A stretch of DNA of 63,475 nucleotides, filler included, from Sphacelaria rigidula (lineage: Eukaryota): assembly GCA_964200075.2 (NCBI GenBank). It is 9 parts of 9 records of this genome, joined end to end, with 100 filler letters (N's around TTAATTAATTAA, not from the genome) between each part and the next. Parts side by side here need not be neighbours in the genome. Positions count along the whole stretch, not along the records: positions 7,066 to 14,030 come from CAXNAA020017167.1; positions 14,131 to 21,094 come from CAXNAA020017168.1; positions 21,195 to 28,158 come from CAXNAA020017169.1; 6 more parts are not named here. One strand, given 5' to 3'. Under the pieces are notes generated by a model that saw only the letters and a list, made by a program, of their open reading frames with translations, was not told the DNA's origin and ran no database searches. Numbering within the stretch: the first letter of the stretch is position 1; every line of letters starts with the position of its first letter. Positions 12,376 to 26,797 of this stretch are shown here, one piece after another. The position numbers and the translations under genes are program-made.

Positions 12376-13420
12376 TGCACAAGATAGGGTTGGCTGATAC
12401 ACGAGGCATTGCCTTGCCAACACCTTAATAGCACTTCATGCAGCCTGAAACCAAATACTTGGCGCTGTATGACCATTTTCTTCGTGACAGTGTTAGGCTG
12501 GTTCTGGGGGGGGGGGGATAATCGTAAAACTCGACGGTGTGTTTTGACTGGTTTTTCCTTTTTTAGTCAAGTCGAGGAAATTACGCATGACAACTTTGAC
12601 ATGTACCGCCAAAGAGTACACTGGTAATGCTGCAGAATGGAATCAAGCTCGTTAGCAGCTCCATCGGAGAGATCCCTGAGTCGATTGTCATATACAACGA
12701 GCACAGGCATAAGTATCCAGTTGGGACTCGGCTGCAACGCTTTTCTCGATCTCATCCCCGATTATGGTGATTTTTTTTTCACACTTGGGATGAAACAGTT
12801 CTGACGGTGATTTCCTGCAAGTAGGCCTCCAGGGGAGCGGAATAGTGTTCGAGATAGGCCTGGAGAAAAAGCTCAACCCACACATAGGCGAGAAAGACAA
12901 GTTTCGCGCATTTGGGGGGCAGAAGTTCGTGCGGAAGTGCCGAAATCACCTTGGCCAACTGAAACAAGAGAGTTTTGTATAAAATATTACCTCATCAACG
13001 ACGAAAATAAGATTATTAAAATATATGGTCATTTCGCTATTAAAACTCGTGACCTCCGTAAGTGGAGTTTCCCGTATCACCAGGGCGCAGCAGCGTCACA
13101 CAAAATGTTGCATGTGCAGCACAATTAATTGTTGAAGCTCTGAGCCGGAATGTCACAAGAATCTTCTGCGCGTGAGTGAAAATTTCGTGGCTGATGCTAC
13201 CACCGTTTATTTTTTATTTTTTAATGGAGCTATGACATTATCCAGTTTTACTGAAATTTAAAATATTCCTCTTATTTTCGAGGTTTTTTCTTGGCAGCTC
13301 GAGAAATACTTCACGTGTTGACAATGAAAATGCCGTGTCAGAGATTCAGCGCTTAACTCCTCAAATTGAGCTGCGTATCACCTACGAGTCTTTCTACGAT
13401 AGCCCCTCCCTCCAAAAAGT

Positions 13421-13998
13421 GAGCCTGGCCCGGCGAGAATCCGGCGTGCTACATCCCTGCGTTGTAGGCGCGGACCCCCGACGGGGTTGGCGTCGGTTGG
13501 CGACGACGCTATAAAACACGTCCATCACTGCGTAAGCTAGGCAACCAGGTTACCGATTTTATGTTGCGCGCTTGCGTTTTTTTTGCGGTAACCATGGTCG
13601 TAGTTGGGCTAGATCATGTTGTGTGGCGTGAGAGAACCTTAACTCCGCACAATGGGGATGATCGTACTACGTAGTGTTTAAATAGCCCATGAGGCAGTGT
13701 ATAAGCCATGGCTGTCTCTGAAAGTGGAGATACCAGAAAGTAAAGCAACTCATTGTAGGCTGTAATCCTAATGCAAGATGGTCAGTAGGCGTCGGGCCGA
13801 ACAAAATCTTAGCAGGATGCAGCTCACCCTTCATGCAACTCGCCAAACACACCACGGCGCTTTGCGCTTGATGCTGAGTGCAAGCCTGGCCCGGTGAAAA
13901 GCCGGCGTGCTCCTTCCCGGCTTTGTAGAGATGCGAGTTCAATGGTCTTATGGCTATGGCATATATGATCATGAGTGCACCCCCCCCCCCCCCCCCCC
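13421..13998 (+). mobile_element. Long copy of the poly(C)-tailed SINE-like retroposon
   Basis: Colinear over about 560 bp with 40670-41251. Ends ...atgatcatgagtgca followed by a C-run. Internal direct repeat gcctggcccgg...gcgtgct at 13423 and 13884. Confidence 0.8.
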
Positions 13999-14845
13999 AA
14001 AAAGTGGGCGGGTTTGGTAGGAAAAAACTANNNNNNNNNNNNNNNNNNNNNNNNNNNNNNNNNNNNNNNNNNNNTTAATTAATTAANNNNNNNNNNNNNN
14101 NNNNNNNNNNNNNNNNNNNNNNNNNNNNNNAAGTGTAGACTGAAAAAAAAAAACAAGCAGACAGCGGTATCAACCAGAAATGGTCGACCTCTGCAAAATG
14201 AATTCAGGTGGAAAAGGCATCGCCCAAAAACACATGCATTCATACCCAATCGAAGAACAAAAACCGTGGGAAAAGACTGCGGCTCATCCATTCGGCCACA
14301 CTATTTTGGGTAGAAGCGCGTACCCATGAACCCTAGGGAAGCTAGACACGAGACGAGACGAGACGAGAAGAAACGTGGCGCCATATTGTACGGCTGTATA
14401 CTGTCGACTGTGCAGTATCATTGCTGTGTTGTGCGCGCCTGCAGTCGTCGGGCTAGGACACAAAGGCAGGGGTCATAGGTCCCGTTCGGATACATGTGCC
14501 GGGCCCGACATTTTATGATACCGATTGAAGAAAATGTGATTTGTTTCGGCAGTAACAAATCTCGATCTGTACGCAGAAATAGGGGAATGTCTATTTTGTA
14601 CCCCAATGCACGTACAAACAATAAAATGCGTAAGGAAAGAAGGGATGGAGAAGGGCGGGTAGCGAGGCGCCACAGCACCATGTTTAAGAAAGAACAGATT
14701 ACAAGAAGCGTCTTATGCGTTTTCGGTGTGTGGTTGGGGCGTGTGGGTTGGGATGGGTCTTCAGTTGTTACGGGGTGTTTTGGACAAGGGGAAGATAATA
14801 TGATAATGATACATGTATGGTCCCAGTGAATTTTTCGGACTTCAT

Positions 14846-14923
14846 GTCAACCGTGCATTCACCCATGCAGTACAGGTGGTCCGTGTCAACCGTGCATCCA
14901 CCCATGCAGTACCGGTGGTCCGC
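14846..14923. repeat. 39-bp tandem duplication
   Basis: gtcaaccgtgcatycacccatgcagtacmggtggtccg occurs twice. Confidence 0.8.
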
Positions 14924-16069
14924 TTTATCCGGATTGGGCAAGTAATTGCGCCGCATAGTCAAACGGCATATCATTACGATCAAATGGTCGTAAACATAGT
15001 TCATGGTTTAGCTGAAAGTTGACAGCTAAAGTATACAAGGGCTCCAATCAACTCTACGAAGCGACAACCACCCAGTGTGCGTAAGTCATTCCACTACCCA
15101 CCTTCACAGCTAGCCCGTCAACAGCAACCTCGAACCGCTCCAACACCCCGACACGGTACAGATCAATGTCCGCCATTTCCCCATGTTTACGATAAACCAT
15201 GAACTATGTTCGCGCGATGGCAACAACCGCCAACGCCATTCCAGCTGCAGCTAGTTCTCTCTTCCGGTACGACCCCCATCGTGGCGTCATCCACAGTATT
15301 CTCGCATACCCTACTGCTCCACTGCGCCCCTTCCCCTGCTTGTTCATGCCGCAAATCTACATGTGTACATGATGTCAGTTTGCTAGCGGAGGAGATAGCA
15401 GGCACTCATCGAGTGCCGCAGAACTGTGCAGTCTGCCAAGGTGCTTATTGCTACTGATAATGATAGAAGCCGCATGCATGTTGAATTGGCGACAGTCATA
15501 GGTGGCGTGCTGCAAGCTCTGTACGGTAATCTTCGGGCGCTGTGATCCTCTACACTGCGACAAGTGTTCGACACCGCTCGCGGATCTAATGTTCGATGTT
15601 GAACCCGGAATTTTCCGGTCGGTCATTTGTGGCTCTTCTCAGACCCGGGTTCACACTGCATTTTTCAAGCATGAGTACCGTACCTCGCAGTACAAACAAC
15701 GATTTTTCCGCCGAAAGGCGAGTTTTTCATGCTGTTGGCCAGATCACGACGAACATCATCCAAATAAAAGTCGATTTTACGAGAGTCTGGACGACCTTCG
15801 ATGAGCACAGTCGAACCAAGTCCTTACTATTTGGTACGGGCTTTTCGGACACGTCTAACTAAGGGTCAAAAAACAGATTGCCTTCTTCGTCGAAAATGAG
15901 GTTGGACTTTAAAATGACTCTAAACTTCAAAAACAATGTCTTCCCTGACCTCAAGTGATGGCAAATGACTGTTATATGGACGGCCTCATGATCTCCGATC
16001 TCCCTGAAATTATTTTTGGGGGTTCCAGTCTTCCGTTCCCTTACAGGGTATGTGCGAATGCCCATTTAA

Positions 16070-16167
16070 CCCTTAGCCCGCCAGATGAGTCTTTGTGGAT
16101 CATGCATACTTTTTTTCACTTGAAAGTGATGCCGATTCAACAGAAGACTAGCCTCGCGGTCTAAGGG
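16070..16167. mobile_element. piggyBac-like MITE (98 bp)
   Basis: TTAA|CCCTTAG...CTAAGGG|TTAA: TTAA target duplication and CCC/GGG termini. Confidence 0.75.
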
Positions 16168-16439
16168 TTAACAGTGGATTCTCGAAAATGGGGCTGATAT
16201 CTAAAATGAGGTTCAATTGGCGTATTTTTTTGCAGGGATGACGAGAAATAGTTACACAGAGCGAAATCATCTTCCCCCCAACAGTCTGCAGCAGTGAAGC
16301 AGTTGTGGCTAGGTGCACCGAACGAATGCCGTGTACATGCGTGTCGATGATGATATAACCAGGGAGAGAAGCATAAAATAAGGGCTGAATCTCCTACTCG
16401 GCGCTGGGGTCTATGTTTAAGAAAAAGTCGTGGGACCTC

Positions 16440-17600
16440 TGTTGTTGAATTGAATACCTTATTGATAAATGTATATTATACTCTCCACCCAAAACGTAAA
16501 AGACCCAGGAAAGTGCACTGAACATAAGGGGCGTGGTCAATCATGAAGAGCAACTCCTGTAGAAAAACAACACGTCAGAGCCTAATTCCTTGGCCACGCG
16601 ATTGGGCGTGTGTCTCTCAGGGGATTCTTGCTGCAACCAACAAATCGGGTATACCTTCAATAACAGAACTGTATCTCATTACTTGTCATTCACCCATATG
16701 TAATGGTCCAATCACCAAATCCATTTCCCTCGCATCCAGGCCTGCTTACATTTATGTATCAATCATTGAGTGTGAGTACATTCGATTAGCCCTCCTACTC
16801 ACGGCTCAACTCTACTCAATTCTCAAGTCTCATACTCTCATATTCCATTAGCCCTCCTTCTCACGGGCTAATTCTACTCACGTCTCAAACCCTACTAGGC
16901 AATATTCAAGGCTATATCACCAAGCACAAAAAAATCATCCCACCCGTGTACAGACATTTGGTGACGCCATCTACTTAGCAAACTGAAATTACTTCTTTTT
17001 GTCCTTTTCCTCAATACGTCATGACATACTCATGCTTTTCATCCATCCCATCACGCCTTCCAGTATTGAAAAAGAAGTCGAATTCAAAAACTCAAATCAT
17101 CGCAAACCAAAATGTGAAAAAAATCCCAGAGATATATTCAATAAAAATAGAAAACTTCATCAACCAAACGCAAAGTCGAAAACCAGCCCAGTTTCCGATA
17201 TTTGCTATGGCAACTTTTGTGGCACCCGAAGTCCATTACCAAAAACCATTGAAAAACATTTTGTCTGCAACAAAAAATCAAATCCGGTCGTGCCCGTCGA
17301 AGACCGAAATCCAACACGAAAAACCATTTAAAAATATTTTGTCTGCAACCAAAAATCAAATCCGGTCGTACCCGTCGAAGACCGAAATCCAACACCAGAA
17401 ACCATTGAAAATACATATTGTTTGCAACAAAAAATCAAATCCGGTCGTACCCGTCGAAGATAAAATAATTCATTGCAAAATTTCAAATATTGCAACCATG
17501 GCCTCGTACCCCTACTTTTCCGTGGTGGATAAATGTGCCCGAAAACAAATCAAACCAGCTCAAGCCAAACCAATGTACCAGTGTCTTGCGGACTCTACAT
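16440..17600 (+). mobile_element. Possible LTR + PBS + 5' leader with three tandem repeats of about 79 bp
   Basis: tgttg...aca followed by tttggtgacgcc (TGG PBS-like) at about 16957. The unit aaaaatcaaatccggtcgtrcccgtcgaaga occurs at about 17271, 17350 and 17428. Confidence 0.45.
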
Positions 17601-17652
17601 GATGTTCATGACAATATTACGGTGAAACTCAAAAGACTCTGTCGGCAACACT

Positions 17653-20600
17653 TTAGTGAGGAAATCTGCATGTTGGGTACTCCGATCTCACGTGAATACC
17701 CGAAGCCTCTTTCCTCCCAACCAACTCCCTGATGAAATGATGCCGTACGTCGATGTGCTTAGAGTTGGAGTTTGTGATTGGGTTCTTTGCCAACTGAATA
17801 GCTCCCTGATTATCCTCAAACACCGGGATGCATAGCATTCCCATCTGCGGCAACATGAAACGCCAAACCTGTCTCAAAAACAATACCTCCTTCAGAATAT
17901 CTGTCATCGCAACGTACTCTGCTTCCGTTGTGGACAGCGTCACACACTTCTGAGTCCTTGGAAACCAAGACACACATCCACCTCCACACATGGCTAGCCC
18001 TCCTGATACCGACCGCCTATCAGCTGCCTTACTTGCGTAGTCTGCGTCTGCAAATACATGAAAGCTCAACCCCTGTATACTTCCTCTGCGAAAAGAAATC
18101 CCCAGCGACCTTGGTCGCCTAACATACCCCAAAATACCAAGCGCAGCACGCCAATGAAGGTGTTTCGGTGAGGCACAGTACCTCGCTACTGCACGTACTG
18201 CGTTAGATATCTCTGGCCTCGTTTGAGTTGCCAGCCACATCAGTGACCCTATCAATTCTCGAAACGGAAATTCCGTTGCCTGCTCTTCAACACTGAACTC
18301 TTCACGCTTCGCACACCAACAGCGATGGGGATACTCTTTCCTCACTCTACTCCGTATTCCTTCGCCAACTCTTCTGCGTATGTTTGTTGTGCAATGTTCA
18401 GAGTTCCCCTTGCAATATCTCTCTCATAGTACAGTCCAGAAAACCAACGCAAATCCCCGAGGGTTTTGACTGGAACCATCGTGTTGAGATCTTTACCAAA
18501 CTGGTCAACTCTGTCTTTCCCTCCCACTGCGAATATGTCATCTACATGTACTGCAATGGTGATATTCACCCTGCCATCCTCAATCAACCGAAATACACAC
18601 GAATCCGCCACGTACTGATCAAATCCTAAGACAAATAAACATTCCGCCAGGTGATCATGTCATTGCGTACTTGCCTGTTTCAATCCGTACAAACTTTCAT
18701 TGAGTCTTACTATTTTACCAGATAAGATACCACAACCAAGTGGCCACCATATGAAAACATCCTCGTCCAACGCAGACTGTACGAAAGCTTGTTTGATATC
18801 AAAATGGCGCAACGCAAGATTTTGCTCACATGCCGGACTCGCCAACAAACGTACGCTAGAAACTGCTACAGTGGGTGCATACAACTCTCCAAAATCTATG
18901 TTCTCCCTCTGCATATCTCCTCTTACTACTAGTCTCGACTTCATCTTCGTGGGCCATCCAAACTCATCCGCCTTCCAGTTATATACCCACTTTGCATGGA
19001 CATAGTTTTCCACGAGTTGCTCTTCCGCTGAGTCTATTGTCCCCGCCTCCAGAATTCCCCGCCATTCCCGCCCCATCGAGTCCGTCCATAAATCACCGTA
19101 CTCCGAGCGCACCGCCTGCGTGTATCCGTTGGGGATCTTGAGATCCTTTGCAGGACAATGTGGGAGTTCCGGTGGGATGTGTGGCGGGCGCTGCTCACGC
19201 AAAGCGGTATCTATATCTTCACGCGTCGCCAGCCTCATCGCGAGTCACATCGGTATCCCCTCGGGCCCCCCTTTCTCAACATCGTTGCCCTGTTGCCCGG
19301 CATCAACCACACCGCGCGTGAGGAGAGCAGACGATAAATATCGCTTATCCAACTGCTGCATGGGTCCCTAGCTGTGGTGCAAGAGTGCAGCCTTGTCTGT
19401 CTTGTATTGCGTCGACCCTGACCGCGTCCGCCCTGGCTGCCGGGAGTCTGTTTCCAAATCCAGCTCCTTCCTCACGTTGATTGTGAGCGGCGAGAAAGAA
19501 TGGTCCATTACTTCAGGGGCGGATGATGCATCGCGCGACGCAGTCGAGGAAGATGCTGACGGTATCGGGGACGGGATCGGGGCCGAAGAGCCGGGGAAGT
19601 TCGGCGGGGATGTCGGCGGCGATCGATGCATCGGCGGAGTAGACGGGTGCGTCGGCGGCGGTAGTGCCGGCTGAGTCGGCGGAGTCGGCGGGCGCAGCGG
19701 CGGCAGGATCGGCTGAGTCGGCGGAGTCTGCTGGCGCGGCGGCGGCGGCGGCTCGAACTCCACTGTGTGATTTGTCGGCGGGAGCAGCGGTGTGGCGACG
19801 GGGGTGGCGGTGCTGCCATGAACCTCCCCCCCTCCGGCGAGCGGCGTTTGGACCTTCCTCCCCCCGGCGAGCGGCGTCCCGTGATGCTGCTCTGCTGACG
19901 GCGCGGCGGCGGCGGCAGCGGTACTGGAATGGGCCTCCTCCCCCCCGACGATCGGTATTGCTGATGATTGCAGTGGCACACGTGGTACCGTCCAGACAAT
20001 GTTGTTGGTGTAGCAGACGGCACCGGTAGCAGCCTTCAGGACCTTGACCGTCGATGAAGAATGGTTACTGCCATTATTGAGGTAATGGCAGGCTACGGAC
20101 TGAGCATCCATTTTGCCTCGGCGGTTGACCCGCATCATGCCGGGTTGTAGAAACGGCACAATCTACAGCGGCGGGCGCTTGCCGGTGAACACTTCATACG
20201 GCGATAGTCTTCCCGGGTTCGCCGTAGAAGCGGAACGATTGAACCCGTCTGCTGCCCACACCGCGGCCTCCAGCCACAGACGCTCCATGTTCTCCCCCAG
20301 GTGAGGTATGTCGTCGAAGCGGCACTCCGGGAACAGACGTCGCGCTTCAAGACGGGCGGCGTGGCCTCCCTTCATGACCCTCCAAATTGCATTTTCCACC
20401 ACAGCGTTGTGCTCCGGAGTGTCAGGGGCAGTGTACTTACGACGAGTCGTTGCATCGTCGCGGAAGGCGGCGAAATCGTTGGAGGTGAACTCGCCCCCGT
20501 TGTTCATGCGAAAAAAAACGGGGGTACCGATGGCGCTGACGTCGGCGATGAAACGTTTCATCTTCACTAGCGTGTCAGACTTACGTGCGAGGCCATAAAA

Positions 20601-21094
20601 CATCATGAAGCGCGACTTGCTGTCGACGCAGCCCAGCATATGGGTTGATGCACCCAGAGTACGAGGGTGTGGGCCGGTGAGGTCAAGATGCATCCTGCCA
20701 AGTACAGTCGTTGCCCTCGTGCCCAGGCTTCGCGGAATACCTGCCCTCTGTCCCTTCGCTTCCAAACACCCAGCACATAGCGCCAATACCCCCGTCAATG
20801 TAATGCCCTTTTGTTTCGCAGTTTCTCGGAGTAACGTCTCATGAATGTGGGGGAGGGAAACGTAAAAGAAATTAATATCGACTTCTTTTTTTGGTTTTCC
20901 AACTGAAAATGGGTGAGAGCTGGGGGCAAGAATAGCAAGGGCCGTCCCGTTTCTAGACACAACTCGCATTCCTTCACTCAGAAAACGCGGACAAAATCTT
21001 GGGGGGGGGGTCATGTCAAATCCAGCCATCAGGGCTTCATCCTTGAACACACTCAAGTCTGGACAGTGAAGCCCTTGTACTGCACGGAGGGAAC
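17653..21094 (-). mobile_element. Decayed Ty1/Copia pol (GAG-pre-integrase, integrase, RT, RNase H)
   Basis: MHLDLTGP, RMNNGGEF (catalytic D to N), TPEHNAVVEN; HFDIKQAFVQ, SLYGLKQAS, VHVDD; FADADYA, STTEAEY, SKHIDVRHHFIRE. Domain order IN-RT-RH. Confidence 0.95.
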
Positions 21095-24000
21095 NNNNNN
21101 NNNNNNNNNNNNNNNNNNNNNNNNNNNNNNNNNNNNNNTTAATTAATTAANNNNNNNNNNNNNNNNNNNNNNNNNNNNNNNNNNNNNNNNNNNNGTATTT
21201 CGTTTGATGGGAACTTGTCAGGTCGCAGTGCTACGTGAAGTGAAAGACGCGCGCTGATTTGCAGATTACCACGATGTGTCATAGTAGGCACAACTCGCGA
21301 TAGATCATCAGTTAGAACCGGCTGAAGGAACGTCTGCTTCTTAGGCGGCCCAGCCTGTACAGTGTACGATACAGTGGCCATGAGTTCAGTTCTCGGTGTA
21401 GGTGATGAACTATAAATAGTTGGTGCAGCAATGCGGCTTTTCCCGGGCCGTTTAACCCTTTTAGGACCGACCCCCCACTAACACAGGGTTTACCCTGTGT
21501 CGGTGAAATGATAAAAAACAAGTCTTCGAGCGACCTGCCCAATTACGGCGAGGCGAAATTTATAGACCAGACCCGAATGACCAGTGCTGGGGTTGTTGGC
21601 GAGTATGATGCCACTGTAAAGATCGTGTGGGGACCCCATCCCTGGCCCAGATAAGCCTTCGCAGGTTTCCAAGCGCAGGGCGGTCGGAGCTTGGTTACAT
21701 GATATGACTTGCACTCAGTATACCGTTCCCGAGTTTTCCGGTGGGTTTTGGGGTCTCAATTCCCTACTAAAACGTAGTAATTTACCCTAACACAGGGTCG
21801 GCCGGAAAAGCCGGGAAGGAGTGTATATGCTACCATGTGGTCATTTTCACCACGCCCTAAAACCAGGTGGGCTGTGGAAAGACAAAACGATCTACTGCCA
21901 TGAGTTCTGCTGATCCCTCTGACGATGACTTGCAGGGTGCAGTTAATATGTATGTAGTGGGTGGGGATGAAGAAGCGGTATGTAGGCAGTTGATCTCGGT
22001 ATCTAAGAATTGCCCAGAACGTGCAAGGGAGTATGCAGCGGCAGCTGCTGCTTCAGTCGGAGAGGCGTACTACACTGTACTGTACTGTACTGTTGCATGC
22101 ATGCGTGCCGCAACACTGATACCGTTCGAAGAGAATTTGCCGCATGCAACAAAGGGGGAAATAGCGGACCATCCCGACCACGAAGGGCTGTGTGGCAAGG
22201 TGATGGGGACAAAAGTATTATCCAAAGCCACAAGTGGCGGGCGGCCCGCCGGTCGCTGCATCCTGTTGGAAGCTCTCTACCGCGACCCTTACTGCTTGCT
22301 ACATCAAATGTACACGATTGCACCTGTGCACCTGAAAATAGACAAGATAAATTTTCGGTCTTCGTCTTAACCCTGCGCTTACGAACACGGATTTCCAGCA
22401 ACACGCCACTGTTTCGTGCAGACTCTAGACACGTCATTCCTGACCAGCCTCACTGGTCGTTCTGGAGGCCCGGTCCCGAAAGGGTTAACCAGACGGCTGC
22501 AAAGCGCACGACGCATGGTAGGCAACGACGCAGGGGAGAAGATGCGTCCATCTCACAACCTGCGCTTGGCGCAGTGGTACGTGGTTTTCCAATAGCACCT
22601 GCGCAATGGAATGACCACGATATACAGTAGCAAAATATTCCTCAGGCTAGGAGCAACAGAGAAGGAAATGATGTACCGCGTGAAGTATGGAGCCTACAGT
22701 AGTGAGCGGTCTAAATATTCACTCTCTGGCATTTTGTCTTGTTTTTTGTATTTGGCAATCTTCTTGGGCTCTTTTCGCTTGCTAACGTCACATTGGGGGT
22801 CTGAAGATATTTGTATCCGCTCTACACTCCGAGAAAAAAAAACATTTGCACTGAACTCAATATTGAGTGACTTACGGGCTGACCGGTCATCGTGGGTCCT
22901 GCCACGTTTCAGCCCAGATTCTGACTCTTCGGTATCTTCGGTCGATCGAGCCTGTCCCGATCATATTTGTGAAGAAATGTACACTTTTTTTTTTTTTTGA
23001 AAGTCCACCTACTCATTGCACCAGAGCCGAAAAAAGTGTTTCACAGTCAATAACACCCTCCTGATGAAACGGGTATTTAACCTTACCGCCCAATAACACC
23101 AGCTAACACTGACTTGGGCACTATGTTCCGAGGATGATTTCTTTATTGTGCCAAAATCTACCTACGCCAGCAATTCCGAGTTTTATCGAAGAGTAAGTAG
23201 TACGCGAGTAAAACCCCCAAACCCCCCTGAATAGCTAGACCGCCCACTACTGTATCGCCTATTGGCATCAGGCGAGAGACTCATACTTTACGCGCAGTAC
23301 ATTTTCCTTATTGGAACCATATTGCACCACATGTTATCTAAGGTGTGCTCTACGCATGTCGGGGTCCTCCCATGAACCAGCCATTATCTGCACGTGATGC
23401 TTGTAGTACACGAATGCCAACATTCCGGCGACGAAATTCCAACATTGAACCGTTCAGCCTCGATATTCAAGCCCCCAACGATACCGCGGTGACTTTGGGT
23501 TGTAGCACGTGGACATTTATCCTGACGTACAGTACTTCATTTTTTTTCCTTCCGGTGCAGCTAGCATTACTATAATCGTTTGCTGACTTCTGAAAGGTGC
23601 ACCCAGACAAAAGTCAATGATAATTGCACGGGCAACACACGTGTACAGGCACACTGCCCCCCATACACACATGCATGCCGCCGTCCACTGTTGTTGTCGT
23701 TGGTAGTGGATGTTATCAGCTACAATTGTCCGCTCACGCCTTTCGAGTACACTTCGCGCCGTGCACTTTTAGCTCTATCCGCGACCTTTTGTTGGCCAAA
23801 CGACGAGGCACGACAAATATCCGATCAACTATAAGATCAAGCTTCGCAGGTGTTTTCAGAGCAAACGTTCTCAGCATCAAGTTGACAAGACACTCGGTTC
23901 CTCATGCGTACATCATTCGAGCTGAAATACTGTCGCGCTTGACGTATCAACGAGTTCGCTAACCGTGTATCGCATTGCAATGTACGTCAGTGTAGTCAAC

Positions 24001-25365
24001 CACCTCATCGTCTGACCGCCACGCCTACGTTTTCATTGTATTTTCCCGCATGTGTTACTGGACCATGTCAACCGAGCTCGTCATAACCCTGTGCCAATTT
24101 CTCGTCTCCATATATTTGTTTGAGCCTTGTTCCGCTAATCTTTTCACGATTTCGTCATTTCGCAACTTTCTCGTTTTTGCGGTGTCGCTTAACGCGAAGG
24201 CTTGGCGATAAGCGCCATATTCCGCGACTGGGAAATGTGGAAATCATCGAGTATAACCAAGGTTTAGATATGGGATTAATCCAACCGGGATTTTTGCGCA
24301 GACGACTTGTCACCTTCACCACAACCTTTGAGAGTCGCTAGGCGTGTGAAAAAGAAGCAGGTCGTGCTCGGGACGCATTTCCAACACGGAGCAAAGCCCC
24401 CTTCATCGATTAGATATTTCCGACCCCATTTTCCACAAAAACTTTGCTTTGGGACTGTTGCGCAATAATCTACTCCCTATGTGGACATAATAACAAACGT
24501 ACCCACAATATTGTTTATTGTAACGATCCGGATCGGTTCGGCCGAGCAAAAATATTACAGAGCGGGAAGCGGGGCCCGTACGCTCGTAAGACTCTCTACA
24601 ATCGTTGAGCCCATCACTCGTTCAACATTGGTGCTAAAATATGCAATTTATTTCCAAGTTTTGTCAGGTATTCGTGTTTCTCCATTCTCAAAGTTTGGGA
24701 TCAAACAAAACCGTGATGAACAAAACAATGACGCTGAAAAATCGCTTGTAATCGAAGTGTTTTCTGTACACCTTGACTGCTGTATCACCTAATACATCAA
24801 GGATGTATTGATTTTGTGAGAGTTATCGCTGTTGCTGCTAATGACTGAGGACAAGGTACAGGAGGACAGCGCCAGCATGATTCCGAACAGGGGTACGTCC
24901 GGCGAGTCTTTTGCGCGTGCTGCAGCACGTGCTGAGCTCCGCTCAAGCGATGGCGAAACCCGATCATCACGTGGAGAAATGATAGCACCAGGGCCATCAC
25001 CTGCCATTGATGGCACGGCGCTCTGTGTCAGGATACTTTCTCATTACGCCGCATATAATCGCTTGGCAAAATATATCGGGAAATGCTACCCTGAAAGGCA
25101 CTCCACAGGTCTTCGGGTGAGCACAGCAGTGCAACATTCTGCAAGTTATGGCCGAGGCAAAACTGCAGTGTATGAAAACGCTCATCACTGGCCGCTGACA
25201 CTGCAGTAACAGCCTGTCCTATAGCGTCTGGACTCAGGAATGACCACAATATTCCAAGCAGCACAGAACGCCATTTCCCCGCCACCATCCACGAAATCGC
25301 AATATCTACTACATTTTGCCCTCCTCCATGTCCGCTGTTTTTTTTCGCCTTGTCGGTTTACTCAG

Positions 25366-26797
25366 GTTGAAACCTCGTCACCAACATGGCTGGAACAATC
25401 ACCATCCATACGACCTACACCTCCCCCGGTTCCATGTCCGTCCGAGAAGCAGCTGGGTAAGCTGCTGTGCGTGTTGAGACTGGCACCCTGCAATATCGTC
25501 CGACAGGTGGGCCGTACGTCCAGTCCGTGGTACTGCGATTCGTTTCCTCGATCGGCTCTACTCACCCGATTCGTGATGCCCCAGTTATTGATTCAACGCA
25601 TCTCTGGTTTTCGTGCATAACGGCGAGAAAGATTACAAGTTTTCGAAGTGGGGGACAAAACGCAGCATCGCCAACTCGTGAATGGTACTCCGGGTTGATC
25701 CCAGTAAGAGAAATGAGAAGGTGTCACCGAAACCTCTATCTACAAGATTGCCAAGAAATGGCTCAATATTATGTACGTCACTCGGGAAGGGCCGAACAAA
25801 AAGATGCACTTCTAAAGAAAGCAAAATTAACCCCCCACCCACGAAATTTGTTGGGCAAACGACACATTTTGGTGTTCTTGAGCGCATTTTCACCAATGTC
25901 AGTTACATAGGGGATGGACGGCACAAAGCGGACAAACTTCTAGGCACGGGGTTGACCGAAAGCGTCGCATTCCCGCTTCTGGCGAAGAAACGAAATAGCC
26001 ACACCTGGAAGTTTTCGTAAATTCTGCCGACCCGTGACCGGAATGTCCGAAAGTCACGAGAATCTGACGAAAACTGCTCGCAGCGAGTGTCAGCAAAGAA
26101 GAGCCATGCACGACAACGCCATGAAAGAGTCGTGCTCGCAAAAACCATACGAGCGATAGTAACCGATCATGGTGGGCAAACAGGTCGTGAACTAGTACTG
26201 CTAGTTACGGTGTTCTGGATGGTAAGCGCTTGCACAACGAGCTTGAAACGCGCAAACATATGTGCGCAGACAGCACATGGCCGTATATTGGACAGTAACG
26301 CACACATACAGCACGGTAATAACGGTGCACTGTACAGTACAGTCAGTATTGTCGGTGGTTAGTACTGTCGTCTGTTGGATCATGCGCCCCCCGCGCCCCT
26401 CATTTCCTCTTCCACTCGGTCATCGCGATTTGTCGTGACCACAAATTCAACACTCCACCGCACAGAACAAGAGGGAAGCTTGAGGACATTCTTCAAGATC
26501 TATCTGCTGTTGTGTGGTTCGCATGTACGGCGGTTTCGTGTTTGGGACAAGACGTGTAGGATTTTTTCCGCCACCAGAACAAGCCCGATCCAGTTGGTGT
26601 GCGTATGCTACATGTGTAGTGTGGTGACGTACTGGCTGATGTGCGACCATGCACTGTGCTGTGCTGCTCGCATACACGTGTGCGCAGACATCATGGCACA
26701 GCATTTGGCCTTGTCCTCTAGTCAGTCCTTCACCACCACTCGCAAGACTATTTTACCGGCTGTTTTCCTACCTTGAACGCTTACCATCGCTCCTAGG
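25366..26797 (+). CDS. Internal exons of an unidentified gene: 25366-25456, 25507-25612, 26205-26261, 26466-26553, 26688-26797
   Basis: Five AG/GT-bounded segments splice with consistent phases (1,2,2,0) into one ORF: VETSSPTWLEQ...GGPYVQSVVLRF...YGVLDGKRLHNELETRKHITRGKLEDILQDLSAVVWF...RLFSYLERLPSLL. No domain recognised. Confidence 0.55.

Noticed and set aside
17220-17460. CRISPR-like repeat/spacer array
   Set aside because: The whole unit of about 79 bp repeats with no unique spacers, and the context is eukaryotic.
19508-20029. Arg/Ala-rich ORFs
   Set aside because: Alternate frames of the Pro-rich Copia integrase-RT linker.
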